Positions 38,620 to 49,152 of a DNA stretch of 64,000 bases are shown here, piece after piece. Positions within the stretch are counted from its first letter, which is position 1; every line of letters begins with the position of its first letter. A program made the translations under genes and the position numbers. The notes under the pieces were generated by a model. The model did no database searches. It saw only the letters and a program-made list of their open reading frames with translations, and was not told the origin of the DNA. The stretch lies in IMG/VR virus record IMGVR_UViG_3300028602_000005, positions 146,137 through 210,136 of that record. The stretch is one strand, 5' to 3'. The DNA comes from a virus. Taxonomy: Duplodnaviria; Heunggongvirae; Uroviricota; Caudoviricetes.

Positions 38620-39870
38620 TTGTCGGAATCAATAGATGTTGGTAAAAGAAAACTTATTCCAACTAGATCTTATGATATTAAAATAGTAATTAAAGATAAA
38701 GATTATACTGCGAATTTATCAACTGTTAGAATTTTAAATTCTTTAGTTATGCCTTATCCTTTGATTTTATTTGAATTATTTATTGATCCAACTGATGTTA
38801 TTCTTGAAAAAATTTATGGTAAAGAACCAATTTATTTAAATATTAGATTATTAGGTAGAAGTAATGAATCAGATGTTTTTGAAGAAACAAATTTCGAATT
38901 AATGTCAACTGGAAATGATATGCCTTTAATACAAAAATCTACCTTTTATGAAAAATCTTATACACCTTTAAAATTAGTTTTCACTACTGTTCCAAGAAGT
39001 TCTTTTTCAACAGCAACAACTTTCATAAATACAATTGGTTTCAATACTACCCCAAGAAATCTTATTTCTAATTTAGTTAGTAGATATACTGGAGCTTTTT
39101 TAGATTATGACACAAATAAAGAAAACTTAAATACTATCGGACAAATTCTTTTACCACCAGCTACTCTTTATAATACCATTCAAGAAATAGATAGTTTACA
39201 TGGATTACATAATGGAGCTACATCTGTATATTGTCGATATAATAATGTATTATCTGTAATGAATTTAACTGAAAGAATATATAGAAATCAAATATTTACT
39301 ATAACACATTTATCTACAGACACTGATAATTCTAAAATAATAGAAGAAAGCGTAGATGGGAAACATTTTTATACATATTTCCCAATTAAAACTGATTTTC
39401 AAAATAATTCAAAATTTATGGAATTAGCAAAAAATATAAAATATATATTAAAACCAGACGATAGATTATATTACAAAATAGAAAAAAATTTGGAATCAGT
39501 ATGTAATTCTTATGGATTAATATCATCTAATGGATATGTAGATTTATTTATAGATCCAGAATTAGAAAAAAGAATTAAATATGAATTATATCCAGGTTCA
39601 GGTAATCTTTCAGACATCTTTATTAATTCATATTTATCAAAACAGATAGCTGATTTATCTCAAATAGAATTACAAATAGAAAAAAATTTCCCAATAGAAG
39701 GATTAATGAACGTAGGATGTCCAGTAAATTTCAGAGCTAAAAGTATTGATTACACAGACTTTGTAGGAAAATATATACTTAAATCTTCTGATATATCTTT
39801 TACTAGAACAACTCCAGATTGGAGGTCTGTTTCTTCTTTATATTTGATAAGAACAAATAAAATAAAATAA
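38620..39870 (+). CDS. Putative baseplate hub protein (gp27-like)
   Basis: 416 aa beta-rich protein ending VG.PVNF...GKYILKS...LIRTN; late motif upstream. Confidence 0.5.
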   Translation: MSESIDVGKRKLIPTRSYDIKIVIKDKDYTANLSTVRILNSLVMPYPLILFELFIDPTDVILEKIYGKEPIYLNIRLLGRSNESDVFEETNFELMSTGNDMPLIQKSTFYEKSYTPLKLVFTTVPRSSFSTATTFINTIGFNTTPRNLISNLVSRYTGAFLDYDTNKENLNTIGQILLPPATLYNTIQEIDSLHGLHNGATSVYCRYNNVLSVMNLTERIYRNQIFTITHLSTDTDNSKIIEESVDGKHFYTYFPIKTDFQNNSKFMELAKNIKYILKPDDRLYYKIEKNLESVCNSYGLISSNGYVDLFIDPELEKRIKYELYPGSGNLSDIFINSYLSKQIADLSQIELQIEKNFPIEGLMNVGCPVNFRAKSIDYTDFVGKYILKSSDISFTRTTPDWRSVSSLYLIRTNKIK

Positions 39871-39871
39871 A

Positions 39872-39910
39872 AAAAAAGAATCCTAATAATTAATATTAGG
39901 ACTCTTTTTT
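39872..39910. terminator. Bidirectional terminator
   Basis: A-run TCCTAATA/TATTAGGA T-run between convergent genes. Confidence 0.75.
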
Positions 39911-39915
39911 ATTTT

Positions 39916-40827
39916 TTAAACTTCTATCTTAAGAGCAGAAACCATCTTTTCAGGAAGAATAAGAATTTTCTCAACAATATTATCTAGGAGATTTTTCATA
40001 TTGATGTTACCTTCTTTTGCAGTATATTTAGAAATTGCCAAAAACATATCCCAACTTGAAATAACACCATTTTTGGCATAATCATCATCTTCACCAATAT
40101 TTAAATTATTAGCTACCTCAATTCTTTTTTTCTTTCCAAGTTTTTCTATAGTTTCAAGTGTATCGAGAACTGTTTTGAAACTTAATTTATTATTCATATT
40201 TTCTTTAATAAAATCAACAATCCCTCCAGCAAATTCTGATACATAATTATCAACATTAATTATATTTGTTTTTGAATTTTCAATATGAATTTTTCTCATA
40301 TCTATAATGGAATGTGTAAAATTAAATTGAGCAAGTGTATCTTTATCATTATCTTTACTTAATATTGTAATTCCAAATCTTACATCTTGTGAACCTTTTC
40401 CATCATAACTATTGAATATAGATATTGTTGGAAAAATATCACCAATTTCCAATGATTGAACATCTGATGAGAATGCAATTACATACATCATTCTTGAATA
40501 AAATTGTGATAAAACTATCTTTTCTTTGATAATTTTAAGATCTTTATATTCATTTAAAAATTCGATAACACCTTTAATTAATTTTTCATTTCCTTCGAAT
40601 TTATAATAATCAGAAACTATTCCCACCAATTTATAATTCTTAACAGAATCTTCTAAATTCTTAGTAAAAACACCAAGATATGGGATGTTTCTCTTTCCAT
40701 CAATCGTTTGTAAATATTCATAACTAACACAACTATACCTATCAATATACTCAAAAGTATATGGGCAAATAGGTATTAACCCCATCGATTCAGCTCTATT
40801 CCCAAAAGAATAATTCATTATTTTCAC
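39916..40827 (-). CDS. DUF932-like protein
   Basis: VGIVSDYY...N, GD..PTISIFNSYDG and IH motifs. Confidence 0.6.
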   Translation of the reverse strand: MKIMNYSFGNRAESMGLIPICPYTFEYIDRYSCVSYEYLQTIDGKRNIPYLGVFTKNLEDSVKNYKLVGIVSDYYKFEGNEKLIKGVIEFLNEYKDLKIIKEKIVLSQFYSRMMYVIAFSSDVQSLEIGDIFPTISIFNSYDGKGSQDVRFGITILSKDNDKDTLAQFNFTHSIIDMRKIHIENSKTNIINVDNYVSEFAGGIVDFIKENMNNKLSFKTVLDTLETIEKLGKKKRIEVANNLNIGEDDDYAKNGVISSWDMFLAISKYTAKEGNINMKNLLDNIVEKILILPEKMVSALKIEV

Positions 40828-41476
40828 TGTTCCTTTCTATTATTGCTCTCAAATAAATATTTCTTCCGTCATATTTAAAATTTTTAGTTATTGTTTTAAG
40901 ATTAAATCTTCCTTCATATTCAAAAAAATACATCAATCTTTCTGCTGTCCAAATTGATAAATGAGGATCATCTGTTTCATTGACAATTTCACTTGATATT
41001 ATGATATTATTTTTATCAAAATCTTTTGAATTTACATCTTCATTACAAACCATTGAAGCTAGCTCATTGAAATCAGGTACAATTATATCCAATAATGTTC
41101 CTTCATTACATATAGTTGACAATAGATATATAAAATAAAGAACTTTATCAAATGGTATATGTTCAAGAAATCTATGCATTACTATTAAATCAAATTTTAA
41201 TCGTGTGTGATTTATAAATGAAAAAACATCATTTGAAATATAAAATGTTGAAGGAGTATCATATTTTATTTTATCAACTACAAATAATCTTTCTATTTCA
41301 TGAATATCACGATCTAATTCATATTGAATATAATTTTTATCTAAATTAAAGGAAACAGGCGGTTTAATAAAATTTGAAAGATGATTTATTATAGTTGTAT
41401 TTATATTATTTAAAAGATCATATTCTATTTTTCCCGCACCAATATTTAAAACCAAAGGATTTCTAAGTTTTCTCAT
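40796..41476 (-). CDS. Class I SAM-dependent methyltransferase-like protein
   Basis: VLNIGAG, FDLIVMHRFLEHIP and G.L.IIVPD motifs. Confidence 0.75.
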   Translation of the reverse strand: MRKLRNPLVLNIGAGKIEYDLLNNINTTIINHLSNFIKPPVSFNLDKNYIQYELDRDIHEIERLFVVDKIKYDTPSTFYISNDVFSFINHTRLKFDLIVMHRFLEHIPFDKVLYFIYLLSTICNEGTLLDIIVPDFNELASMVCNEDVNSKDFDKNNIIISSEIVNETDDPHLSIWTAERLMYFFEYEGRFNLKTITKNFKYDGRNIYLRAIIERNSENNELFFWE

Positions 41477-41487
41477 TTTTAACCTTT

Positions 41488-42210
41488 CTATACAAAGTTT
41501 AATGTCAAAGATTCGGTAAATGGTCTAATATAAAAATCAAAATACCATTTTTTATCTATTTCATTACTATCAACTAAATTCAACACATGTTTTGAAATTT
41601 CTATTTTTCCATATTTTTTAAAACATATTATAAATTTATCATCCTTTGGAATTGAAAATATTTTTATGTTATTTGAATTAATCATATCTTTTCTTATTTT
41701 TTCCAAAGAATAAAATAAAATATCTTTATTTAAAAAATTTATATTTAATATTTCTTTATATACGTTTTCAATTCCATCATATTTAAATGGAATACCTTTA
41801 ACTGTTAATTGATTTTTATTATCTATGGCAATGAAGCTTTGTCTATTTCTTGAAATTAAGAAATTAACAAATATACTTTTTAATTCTATAGGTAAGATGT
41901 ATTCTGTATATTTTAAACTTCTTGTTAACATTATTCCATCATATTGTCTTAATATTAATTGATCTTCTTTTACATCGTTCTTTTTTAAAATACCATCAAT
42001 TATTTTTTTAGTAGTATCCCTTAGAAATAATGAAAGTTGTTTATTTTTCTTCTCCAATAAACCTATTTGTCGATTTCTTTCAAATTTATTTGATGGATCT
42101 ATATGTGTTACATCATAATTAATTTTTCTTAAGATATTATAATGACATGATACTATATCATAAGAATAAATATTGTTTAAAAAATAATTACATGTTGGAT
42201 TAAAATTCAT
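41488..42210 (-). CDS. Minimal or split family-B DNA polymerase-like protein
   Basis: YSYDIVSCHYNIL (motif A-like), RQYDGI (motif C-like), VKGI; only 240 aa. Confidence 0.6.
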   Translation of the reverse strand: MNFNPTCNYFLNNIYSYDIVSCHYNILRKINYDVTHIDPSNKFERNRQIGLLEKKNKQLSLFLRDTTKKIIDGILKKNDVKEDQLILRQYDGIMLTRSLKYTEYILPIELKSIFVNFLISRNRQSFIAIDNKNQLTVKGIPFKYDGIENVYKEILNINFLNKDILFYSLEKIRKDMINSNNIKIFSIPKDDKFIICFKKYGKIEISKHVLNLVDSNEIDKKWYFDFYIRPFTESLTLNFV

Positions 42211-42231
42211 TTGCTAAAATTCCTAATTATT

Positions 42232-42414
42232 TTACTCATTTTTGAATTTTTCTATTTTTACATTCCATGTTAATTCATAATCGAATTTATTATCTGTATC
42301 ATATATATAAAAGGCTATAATCCAATTAGATAAAGCATTAAGAATTCCTTCTTTTGCTTCTTTCATATTTTTATATGATGTTTTTTCTCCATTATCATAT
42401 TCAACAATAATCAT
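42232..42414 (-). CDS. Hypothetical protein
   Basis: 60 aa, AGGAG SD, in operon. Confidence 0.55.
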   Translation of the reverse strand: MIIVEYDNGEKTSYKNMKEAKEGILNALSNWIIAFYIYDTDNKFDYELTWNVKIEKFKNE

Positions 42415-42425
42415 AATAATACTCC

Positions 42426-43001
42426 TTAAAAACTAGCATAAATATCTGAAATTTTTTCTAATAAATTAGATTTAGTATTATATATCATTTCAACATAATC
42501 GATAGAATATCTTGATAATAATTCTCTGAATCCTTCAAATTTTATATCATTCATTGATTCTACACCTACATATCTACCAAGAGGTTTTCCTGTAATTAAA
42601 TTATTTAATGAAATAAAATCAAAAATACTATTTTTAATACCAGTTAAAATATACCATGAACTTAATGGTGAACTTTCAAATGTTTCTTCCCAAGGAATTT
42701 TAAAAATATCTCCAATTTTAACATCTATTTTTTTTAAATTTTCTAAAAATTTATTATGTAAAAGTTCATTTAAAAACTTTTCCACATCAAAATTTTCTAA
42801 ATGACTTTCTATGATTTTTTTAATTGATAAATTATCATCTGGACCAACACCTTTAGAAATAAGATATTTAGATAAAACATTCCAATTATTTTCATTTTTA
42901 ATAATTTTTGATAGTTTTATTAGGGTTAGAATCTCGCCTGTAATTCCTAAATATTTTCCTGTCTCTGTCTTAAAAAATTCTCCTTCCACCTTATCCTCCA
43001 T
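42426..43001 (-). CDS. Hypothetical protein
   Basis: 191 aa, coupled to the upstream gene. Confidence 0.6.
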   Translation of the reverse strand: MEDKVEGEFFKTETGKYLGITGEILTLIKLSKIIKNENNWNVLSKYLISKGVGPDDNLSIKKIIESHLENFDVEKFLNELLHNKFLENLKKIDVKIGDIFKIPWEETFESSPLSSWYILTGIKNSIFDFISLNNLITGKPLGRYVGVESMNDIKFEGFRELLSRYSIDYVEMIYNTKSNLLEKISDIYASF

Positions 43002-43606
43002 TATTTTAATTTTTCATTAATAAAAAAATCTGATTCTGAAATATCACCACCGTAACATTTTAAACAAGAAATACAACTCTTACCTCCACAATTAATATAT
43101 ATGCTGTTTCTTTTTATATATGATTTATTAAAAACAGTGAAGACATGATCATATTTATCTATATCAGGTTCATCTATTTTATTAATTTTAAAAGAAGATC
43201 TAACTAAAATAAGATTCTTTGGTTTTTCATATTTTTTTATAATATCATCTCTTTTTGTCCATAAAGAAAAAGTTATATCTGAAAACCATTCTGCAATTCT
43301 AATAAAGTTTTCATAATGTAAATTATTTATTAATTCTCCAAATGAGTGAAGTCTTATTAATTTTGCAGATTTTATTTGGTCTGGAATTTCTTCTTTTTTT
43401 ATTTTTTCATTACTTAAAATCTTTAAGTTATTTTGTATATAATTTCTAAAATATTTTCTCCAATATTCATATCTGGATGAATAACATCTTGAACAAATAT
43501 TTTCTTTGTTTTCTGACATTTTTTTACAAAATGGGTTCGATAAAGAACTTGTATTTATACTCACAATATTCTCCATTTTTCCACTACCTATACTTAAATG
43601 AATCAT
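43001..43606 (-). CDS. GP88-like (radical-SAM-related) Cys-rich protein
   Basis: C...CSRCY, IRLHSFGE, LWTKR, PKNLIL and C...CISCLKCY motifs. Confidence 0.65.
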   Translation of the reverse strand: MIHLSIGSGKMENIVSINTSSLSNPFCKKMSENKENICSRCYSSRYEYWRKYFRNYIQNNLKILSNEKIKKEEIPDQIKSAKLIRLHSFGELINNLHYENFIRIAEWFSDITFSLWTKRDDIIKKYEKPKNLILVRSSFKINKIDEPDIDKYDHVFTVFNKSYIKRNSIYINCGGKSCISCLKCYGGDISESDFFINEKLK

Positions 43607-43667
43607 TGATAAATAAACTCCTTATATTTTTTACACGAAAAAAGTTAATTTAATAGTTAAATAATAA

Positions 43668-43704
43668 AAAGGCACATATGGATATAATATCCACATGTGC
43701 CTTT
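43668..43704 (-). terminator. Intrinsic terminator
   Basis: AAAGGCACAT.TGGATAT/ATATCCA.ATGTGCCTTT. Confidence 0.75.
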
Positions 43705-43709
43705 AATAA

Positions 43710-43898
43710 TTAATAAAGAACTAACAAATCGTTTTTAAATTTTTTAAAGTCTTCATAATCTTTTTTATCAGATAATTTACATTGATCATCTTTTAAATTA
43801 TCATAATCTATAAAATTTACTTTACAATTCAATTTTTTATCATCAGTAGAAACAGATATAACATTTCCACCAAGAATTTCTATAAACAAATTTATCAT
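43710..43898 (-). CDS. Hypothetical protein
   Basis: 62 aa, overlapping start/stop with the upstream gene. Confidence 0.55.
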   Translation of the reverse strand: MINLFIEILGGNVISVSTDDKKLNCKVNFIDYDNLKDDQCKLSDKKDYEDFKKFKNDLLVLY

Positions 43899-44704
43899 AT
43901 TATTTTTTCTAACCTTTCGGAAGTTATACCCTTCAGAACAAGATCTATTTGAATCAAATGATTAATATCAAAGAAATAGTCATATCTATCTTTTAACCAT
44001 TTAAATAAATTTTCATAAGTATTTATTGAATCTATTTGTTTACTAGATTGTTTATAAAGTAATTTTAAAGCTTCTTTATTTATTTTCATATTTAATATTC
44101 GTTCAAAACCATGATCTATTTTAAAAACAAATTTATAAAAATTATCTAATTTTGAAAGTTTTGAATCATGGTAAGGTATATCGTATTCACCAATTTTTAT
44201 ACAATCAAAAATAATAGGTGAATTTTTAAGACCATAAAATTTAACACTATATTTATCATCAATAATATAATGAATTAAAAATGTTCCATTTGGAAACACT
44301 GAGAAAGCTTTAATATCTAAATTATCAAATACTTTATATTTTGAACAATTTTTTAGAATACAAATTTCTCTCTTCTTTTTATTTAATGGTATAGTAAAAA
44401 GAAGAGTATCCTTAGAATCTATACCATCTATTTTTATATTCTCAAATTTATTTGAACTTAATTCATTCATTTTTGAAATATTTTTTAAAAGCCAATCATA
44501 AAATGGTATAAAAGAAATTTTTCTAGGTGAGTAAATCTCACTATAATCATCAGTAATATCCTTTATTATTTCATTACTTCCTTCATAAAATTCTTCATCG
44601 TCTTCATCAAATGTTTCAAATTCTCTTTTTAAAGGAATTTCACCATTTTTTGCTTTTTCATCAAAATTTTCAATTATTTTTGTTAAATTAAAATCTAAAC
44701 TCAT
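43895..44704 (-). CDS. Hypothetical protein
   Basis: 269 aa, AGGAG SD. Confidence 0.7.
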   Translation of the reverse strand: MSLDFNLTKIIENFDEKAKNGEIPLKREFETFDEDDEEFYEGSNEIIKDITDDYSEIYSPRKISFIPFYDWLLKNISKMNELSSNKFENIKIDGIDSKDTLLFTIPLNKKKREICILKNCSKYKVFDNLDIKAFSVFPNGTFLIHYIIDDKYSVKFYGLKNSPIIFDCIKIGEYDIPYHDSKLSKLDNFYKFVFKIDHGFERILNMKINKEALKLLYKQSSKQIDSINTYENLFKWLKDRYDYFFDINHLIQIDLVLKGITSERLEKII

Positions 44705-44725
44705 TTTCTCTCCTAACCTCTTTTA

Positions 44726-44971
44726 CTATTTTTTAATGAGAGTCATTCTTCCTTTTGTACTATGTATATAAGTTATTTTGAATTGAATGTTTTTAATCAT
44801 ATGAAATGATCCTTCATATTCATCTTTTTTTAAAAAATCTTTTTCATCTAAAGGAAATGCAGAAAGTCTATTACCTTTAGATTCAAATATTTCATATTCA
44901 CATCCATGTATTATTAATTTCTTACCTTTTTCAAATAAATTATTCTCTTCCATTATCTCCATCTTCCTCAT
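44726..44971 (-). CDS. Hypothetical protein
   Basis: Short ORF in operon; start may be MEENN after GGAG. Confidence 0.55.
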   Translation of the reverse strand: MRKMEIMEENNLFEKGKKLIIHGCEYEIFESKGNRLSAFPLDEKDFLKKDEYEGSFHMIKNIQFKITYIHSTKGRMTLIKK

Positions 44972-45317
44972 TTTTTTTCCATTTATTTTTTATTGTTCCG
45001 TTTCTCCACTTTTCATAATCTATCTCAGTAAATTCTTCAAGAATAGCACCAGATAAAGCGAAAATTTTTATTAGAACTTCATAAACATTTAAAGGAACTG
45101 ATCCTTGTTTTTCCATTTCATAACAGTTATTCATCCATTCTGGTAATTCTTCACTCCAAGGTTCAGAGAAACCCGACATTAATTTTTGACAATAATTTCC
45201 AATTAATATACTAATTAAAGCTGGTGTTATTATGGGATTATCCTTATATAGTCCAAAAATTTTCTTTTCATATTCTCTTTCTTTTTTATATAATTCGAAA
45301 ACTTCTTCTTCTCTCAA
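44940..45317 (-). CDS. Hypothetical protein
   Basis: 125 aa, AGGAG SD, TTG start. Confidence 0.6.
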   Translation of the reverse strand: MREEEVFELYKKEREYEKKIFGLYKDNPIITPALISILIGNYCQKLMSGFSEPWSEELPEWMNNCYEMEKQGSVPLNVYEVLIKIFALSGAILEEFTEIDYEKWRNGTIKNKWKKNEEDGDNGRE

Positions 45318-45342
45318 AACACTTCTCCTTATTTTATTTTTA

Positions 45343-45786
45343 TTAATTGTTGATAATATTATTTAATAAATCTATCTGATATTCATGATATTTTTTAAAT
45401 CTTTTCGCTTCACCAATTCTTAAGATTAAATTATATTTATTTAAAATAAAATCTAAATTTTTATTTTTTATCTTAATTTCCATTTTAAATTCATTATTTG
45501 TAAATCTTTTATTTTTTATAATTAACATACCTCTTTCAAACTTAAGTGCTCTATCATATAATATATAATCGAATTCTTTAGTGTTTAAATATGATTCAAA
45601 AATAAATTCATCACAATATACTGATTTGAATCTTATTTTAATTTTATTTATTTTTGGAATCATCATATTTTTAAAAACATTTTCTTTTATTTTTTCTTCC
45701 TTTTGAATTTCATTAAATAATGAATGTTCGGCTTCTTCTAATTTTTTCTTTATTTGATTTATTTCTTTTTTAATTTCTTCAATCAT
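45343..45786 (-). CDS. Hypothetical protein
   Basis: 147 aa, AGGAG SD. Confidence 0.6.
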   Translation of the reverse strand: MIEEIKKEINQIKKKLEEAEHSLFNEIQKEEKIKENVFKNMMIPKINKIKIRFKSVYCDEFIFESYLNTKEFDYILYDRALKFERGMLIIKNKRFTNNEFKMEIKIKNKNLDFILNKYNLILRIGEAKRFKKYHEYQIDLLNNIINN

Positions 45787-45790
45787 ATTT

Positions 45791-46759
45791 TCATCTACTC
45801 CTTATAACATTATTAGAAACATCAATTAAGAAATTTTCCCAAAATTTTAAATCTGCCTTACTCGGTAAATCTGATTTAATAATCAAATTTTCAATCTCTT
45901 CCATTAATTCTTCCATTTTAGGTAAAATTTCTTTATGATAATTTAATTTTCCTAATCTAATATCTCTTAAATATGAACCTTCTTTTAAAGGAAATTCTAT
46001 ATCTTTATTTATCAAAATAGATTTTATTTCTATCATAACTCTTATTGCATGACAAATAGATTTCCAATCAATTTTTTCATTATTTTCAATTTTTCTTACT
46101 CTTTCACCATAATCATCATATACGCCTTGTAGTATTTCCTTTGAATATTTTATTGTTGCTGTTTCTTGTAATCCTCTACCACAAACCATATACATTTTTA
46201 CATCATTTTTAGTAACTGAAAATTCAAAAAATTCACCATTTGGTAATTTATCCCAAATTTCTTTTATTCTTAAATATCCTTTTCCAGAATTTATATATTC
46301 GTCAAAAAAATCAATAATTTCTTTAACAGCTAAAATTCTTTCTTTTTTAACCATATATTTTGATGCTTGTTTTCTAGCATATCCTATAAAAGCTTTAAAA
46401 TTTTTTGAATATAATTTTTCTTTATTTTTGACGATTTCATCCCAAATTTCTGAACTTTTCTTTAACATTTTTTTTGGAGCATGAATCATATCCAATTGAT
46501 TTGTTTGTCCTTCACATGCTAGTTCAATAAATCTATGTAAAGAAAATAATTCAACTTCTGATTTTTCTTCTTCTGGTTTAAAAAGATTTTTATCATAATT
46601 ATTAGATATTTTTCCTAATAATATTTCTCTTTTAGATGGTAAAATAACTCCTTTATAATCATAATCAGAAGAAAGAATGTCACTTCCATATAATCGTGAA
46701 CCAAATAAAGTAACAACTACAAAGTCAGAATCTCGTTTAAATTCATTTTTTTCGAACAT
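45791..46759 (-). CDS. Pol-beta superfamily nucleotidyltransferase (RlaP-like)
   Basis: FGSRLYG...SDYDYKG catalytic motif; K...HAIR and IRLGK C-terminal motifs. Confidence 0.85.
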   Translation of the reverse strand: MFEKNEFKRDSDFVVVTLFGSRLYGSDILSSDYDYKGVILPSKREILLGKISNNYDKNLFKPEEEKSEVELFSLHRFIELACEGQTNQLDMIHAPKKMLKKSSEIWDEIVKNKEKLYSKNFKAFIGYARKQASKYMVKKERILAVKEIIDFFDEYINSGKGYLRIKEIWDKLPNGEFFEFSVTKNDVKMYMVCGRGLQETATIKYSKEILQGVYDDYGERVRKIENNEKIDWKSICHAIRVMIEIKSILINKDIEFPLKEGSYLRDIRLGKLNYHKEILPKMEELMEEIENLIIKSDLPSKADLKFWENFLIDVSNNVIRSR

Positions 46760-47013
46760 AATTCTTTTTCCTCATCATTAAGTTTTCTTGAAGGTATTGC
46801 ATTACAAAATTCTTCTGACCAACCAAGTAATCTTTTGAGATTATTTCCAAATAGTGCTGCCTTAATAGAATCTGAATTACTCTTACCATATGTAACAATA
46901 TTTTGAGATGAATCTTCATCCACTGTCAAAATAATTATCATATCTCTGTCATATTTTTCTGCAATTTCTTTTGCTACATTTATAGGTATAAGAGTTTTTT
47001 TATATTCTTCCAT
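46717..47013 (-). CDS. Hypothetical protein
   Basis: IPINVAKEIAEKY...VTYGK...A..GN..K..LGW pattern; in operon. Confidence 0.6.
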   Translation of the reverse strand: MEEYKKTLIPINVAKEIAEKYDRDMIIILTVDEDSSQNIVTYGKSNSDSIKAALFGNNLKRLLGWSEEFCNAIPSRKLNDEEKELCSKKMNLNEILTL

Positions 47014-47043
47014 TATTATATCCTTTTTAATTTTTAATAAATA

Positions 47044-47071
47044 AAATGGGGAGTATCTCTACTCCCCATTT
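47044..47071 (-). terminator. Intrinsic terminator
   Basis: AAATGGGGAGTA/TACTCCCCATTT after the vWA gene. Confidence 0.8.
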
Positions 47072-47081
47072 ATTCAAAATA

Positions 47082-48890
47082 TTAATCTTCTGATGAATAA
47101 ATATTTTTCGATTGAGTTTCTCCAACTGATCTAGATCTATGATAATTATGGATTCCAGCAGAAACAACAAAAGTAGATTCTTCAACTCCTGTTAAAGTAT
47201 TATCAAATTTTGCCATATTTCCTTTTGAAATACCATATTTATATTCTATTTCATCTAAATTCTTTCCTAAAAATGTAAATGACCATCTTCCAGTTTTTTC
47301 AAGTTCTTTTATTTTTTCCTTTATCTGATAGTCATGTTCATATTTTATAGAATGATTATTTAATCCATCTGTAAGAATTATATATAATACTGAAACTTTA
47401 GGATCATTAATATCATCAAGCTTTAACATCCCATCAATAGATAGACCTATAGCATCATTTAAAGCAGTTAATCCTTTTGGATTATAATCTTGTAATTCAA
47501 TCTTTTTCAATTTATTAACATCTTCATTCCAAAGAATAGGATCTCTTACTCTAGAACTGAAGTAAACAAGAGATACTCTTTCTTCCATTTCATTAGACCA
47601 TTTCTTTATTTCCTCAACATATTCATTGAATGAACTAACAATTTCTTCTCTTATTTTAAGCATCGAACCTGATTCATCAATTATAAACACAATATAATTT
47701 TTTAATATATTTTTTTTCTTTTCCATAAAGGATTCATAATAACTTTCAGAAACCTTTTCTGATTTAGTAAATGTTCTCTTTCTTAAAGAAACTCCATATT
47801 CACCTACTTTATTTTGAAAAAGAATAATTCTATCCCATGCTGTTCTTTGATTTGGAAATTTAAAATTACTTTCCCAAGAAATATTTTTAAACCAAGAAGG
47901 AATTCTATTTTTTCCATATTTATGATAAGCATATTCACATATTCTAGTGGAATATCTTAATGCTGGAACAACTGTATAAATGTAATATTTTCTTTTATTT
48001 ATAAGTTCTTCTATCTTTTCATTAGATTTTTCAATACTAAAAAATTTTGTATTATTTTCAGGTAAATCAATTTCCATATTAAAACATGTAACATCTATTT
48101 TCTTTATTTCACCTTTAATTTTTTCAACTTCATCATCTTTATCTTTACCATAAGAAAAATCCTTTGTTTCCTCTACATCTTTTTCAGATGGAGGAATAAA
48201 TCCTTCTTTTCTCATGTCACTTATCAGTTTTCCATAATATGTACCTTCTTCAGATAATCTATCGATAAGAGCTTTTGTTATAAAATATTTTTTAGTGAAA
48301 ATAGAAACCCATTTATTTGGATGAACAAAATATTTGAAATTAATAAGATTATTTTTATCCATTATCCCATGTTCAAGTAAAAACTCATTTTCTTTTGCAT
48401 TTTGAATAAATTCTAAGCTTGACCATGCATCATACCAATTTCCTTCAAAATCTGTGATTGAAAATGCTCTTGATGATCCAATATCTCCATCTTTGATAAC
48501 ATTTTGATCCGTTATTCTAACTGAGAATGAGAAGGTCTTTTGATTTGAAACAATACTAGTTATTTTACCATGTCTATTTTCATTATTTAAAACAACTTCA
48601 TTTTTAGATTCATTTGAACTTGATCTAATTTTTTTATAATTAGGAATATTAATTACAGCATTTCTAGTACTTAATTCAAATAAAAATGTTGATAAATCTA
48701 AATCGGTAGATATCTCACCATTAACAAAAAGTTGTCCAGGCTTTCTACTAAAAATATCACTATTCCAATAATTTAAAACTTCAGTTATTACAGCATCATC
48801 AACTGGTTTACTTAAATCCATAATGCTTTTCATAGCATCAGTATTTAAGACATTTTTTAGATCATTAGAAATTTCTTTCTTTTTAGTCAT
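47082..48890 (-). CDS. Unknown N-terminal domain fused to a C-terminal vWA domain
   Basis: IIDESGSM, G.TALNDAIG and ILTDG MIDAS motifs in the last ~210 aa. Confidence 0.8.
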   Translation of the reverse strand: MTKKKEISNDLKNVLNTDAMKSIMDLSKPVDDAVITEVLNYWNSDIFSRKPGQLFVNGEISTDLDLSTFLFELSTRNAVINIPNYKKIRSSSNESKNEVVLNNENRHGKITSIVSNQKTFSFSVRITDQNVIKDGDIGSSRAFSITDFEGNWYDAWSSLEFIQNAKENEFLLEHGIMDKNNLINFKYFVHPNKWVSIFTKKYFITKALIDRLSEEGTYYGKLISDMRKEGFIPPSEKDVEETKDFSYGKDKDDEVEKIKGEIKKIDVTCFNMEIDLPENNTKFFSIEKSNEKIEELINKRKYYIYTVVPALRYSTRICEYAYHKYGKNRIPSWFKNISWESNFKFPNQRTAWDRIILFQNKVGEYGVSLRKRTFTKSEKVSESYYESFMEKKKNILKNYIVFIIDESGSMLKIREEIVSSFNEYVEEIKKWSNEMEERVSLVYFSSRVRDPILWNEDVNKLKKIELQDYNPKGLTALNDAIGLSIDGMLKLDDINDPKVSVLYIILTDGLNNHSIKYEHDYQIKEKIKELEKTGRWSFTFLGKNLDEIEYKYGISKGNMAKFDNTLTGVEESTFVVSAGIHNYHRSRSVGETQSKNIYSSED

Positions 48891-49140
48891 TTGTATTGTT
48901 TTCCTTTCCTATAAGTTTTAAAAATGATTCACGAACTAAATTTGCACTTTTAATTTCGTTTTCTATTTCAGAATTTTCACCTTTTAGTTTTTCAATTTCG
49001 GTATCGTTTGAAGTTTTTTGGTCTGATAGATCCTTAATTCCTGCCCCCATATCATTAGACCATTGTTCAATTTTGGAAACTACTCCTTTAATTTTTTCTC
49101 TTCCTGATTCTAACTTTGTTTTTTTCTTTAAAATTTCCAT
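48883..49140 (-). CDS. Small coiled-coil protein
   Basis: Heptad pattern; AGGAG SD. Confidence 0.6.
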   Translation of the reverse strand: MEILKKKTKLESGREKIKGVVSKIEQWSNDMGAGIKDLSDQKTSNDTEIEKLKGENSEIENEIKSANLVRESFLKLIGKENNTND

Positions 49141-49152
49141 TTCTTTTTTCTC

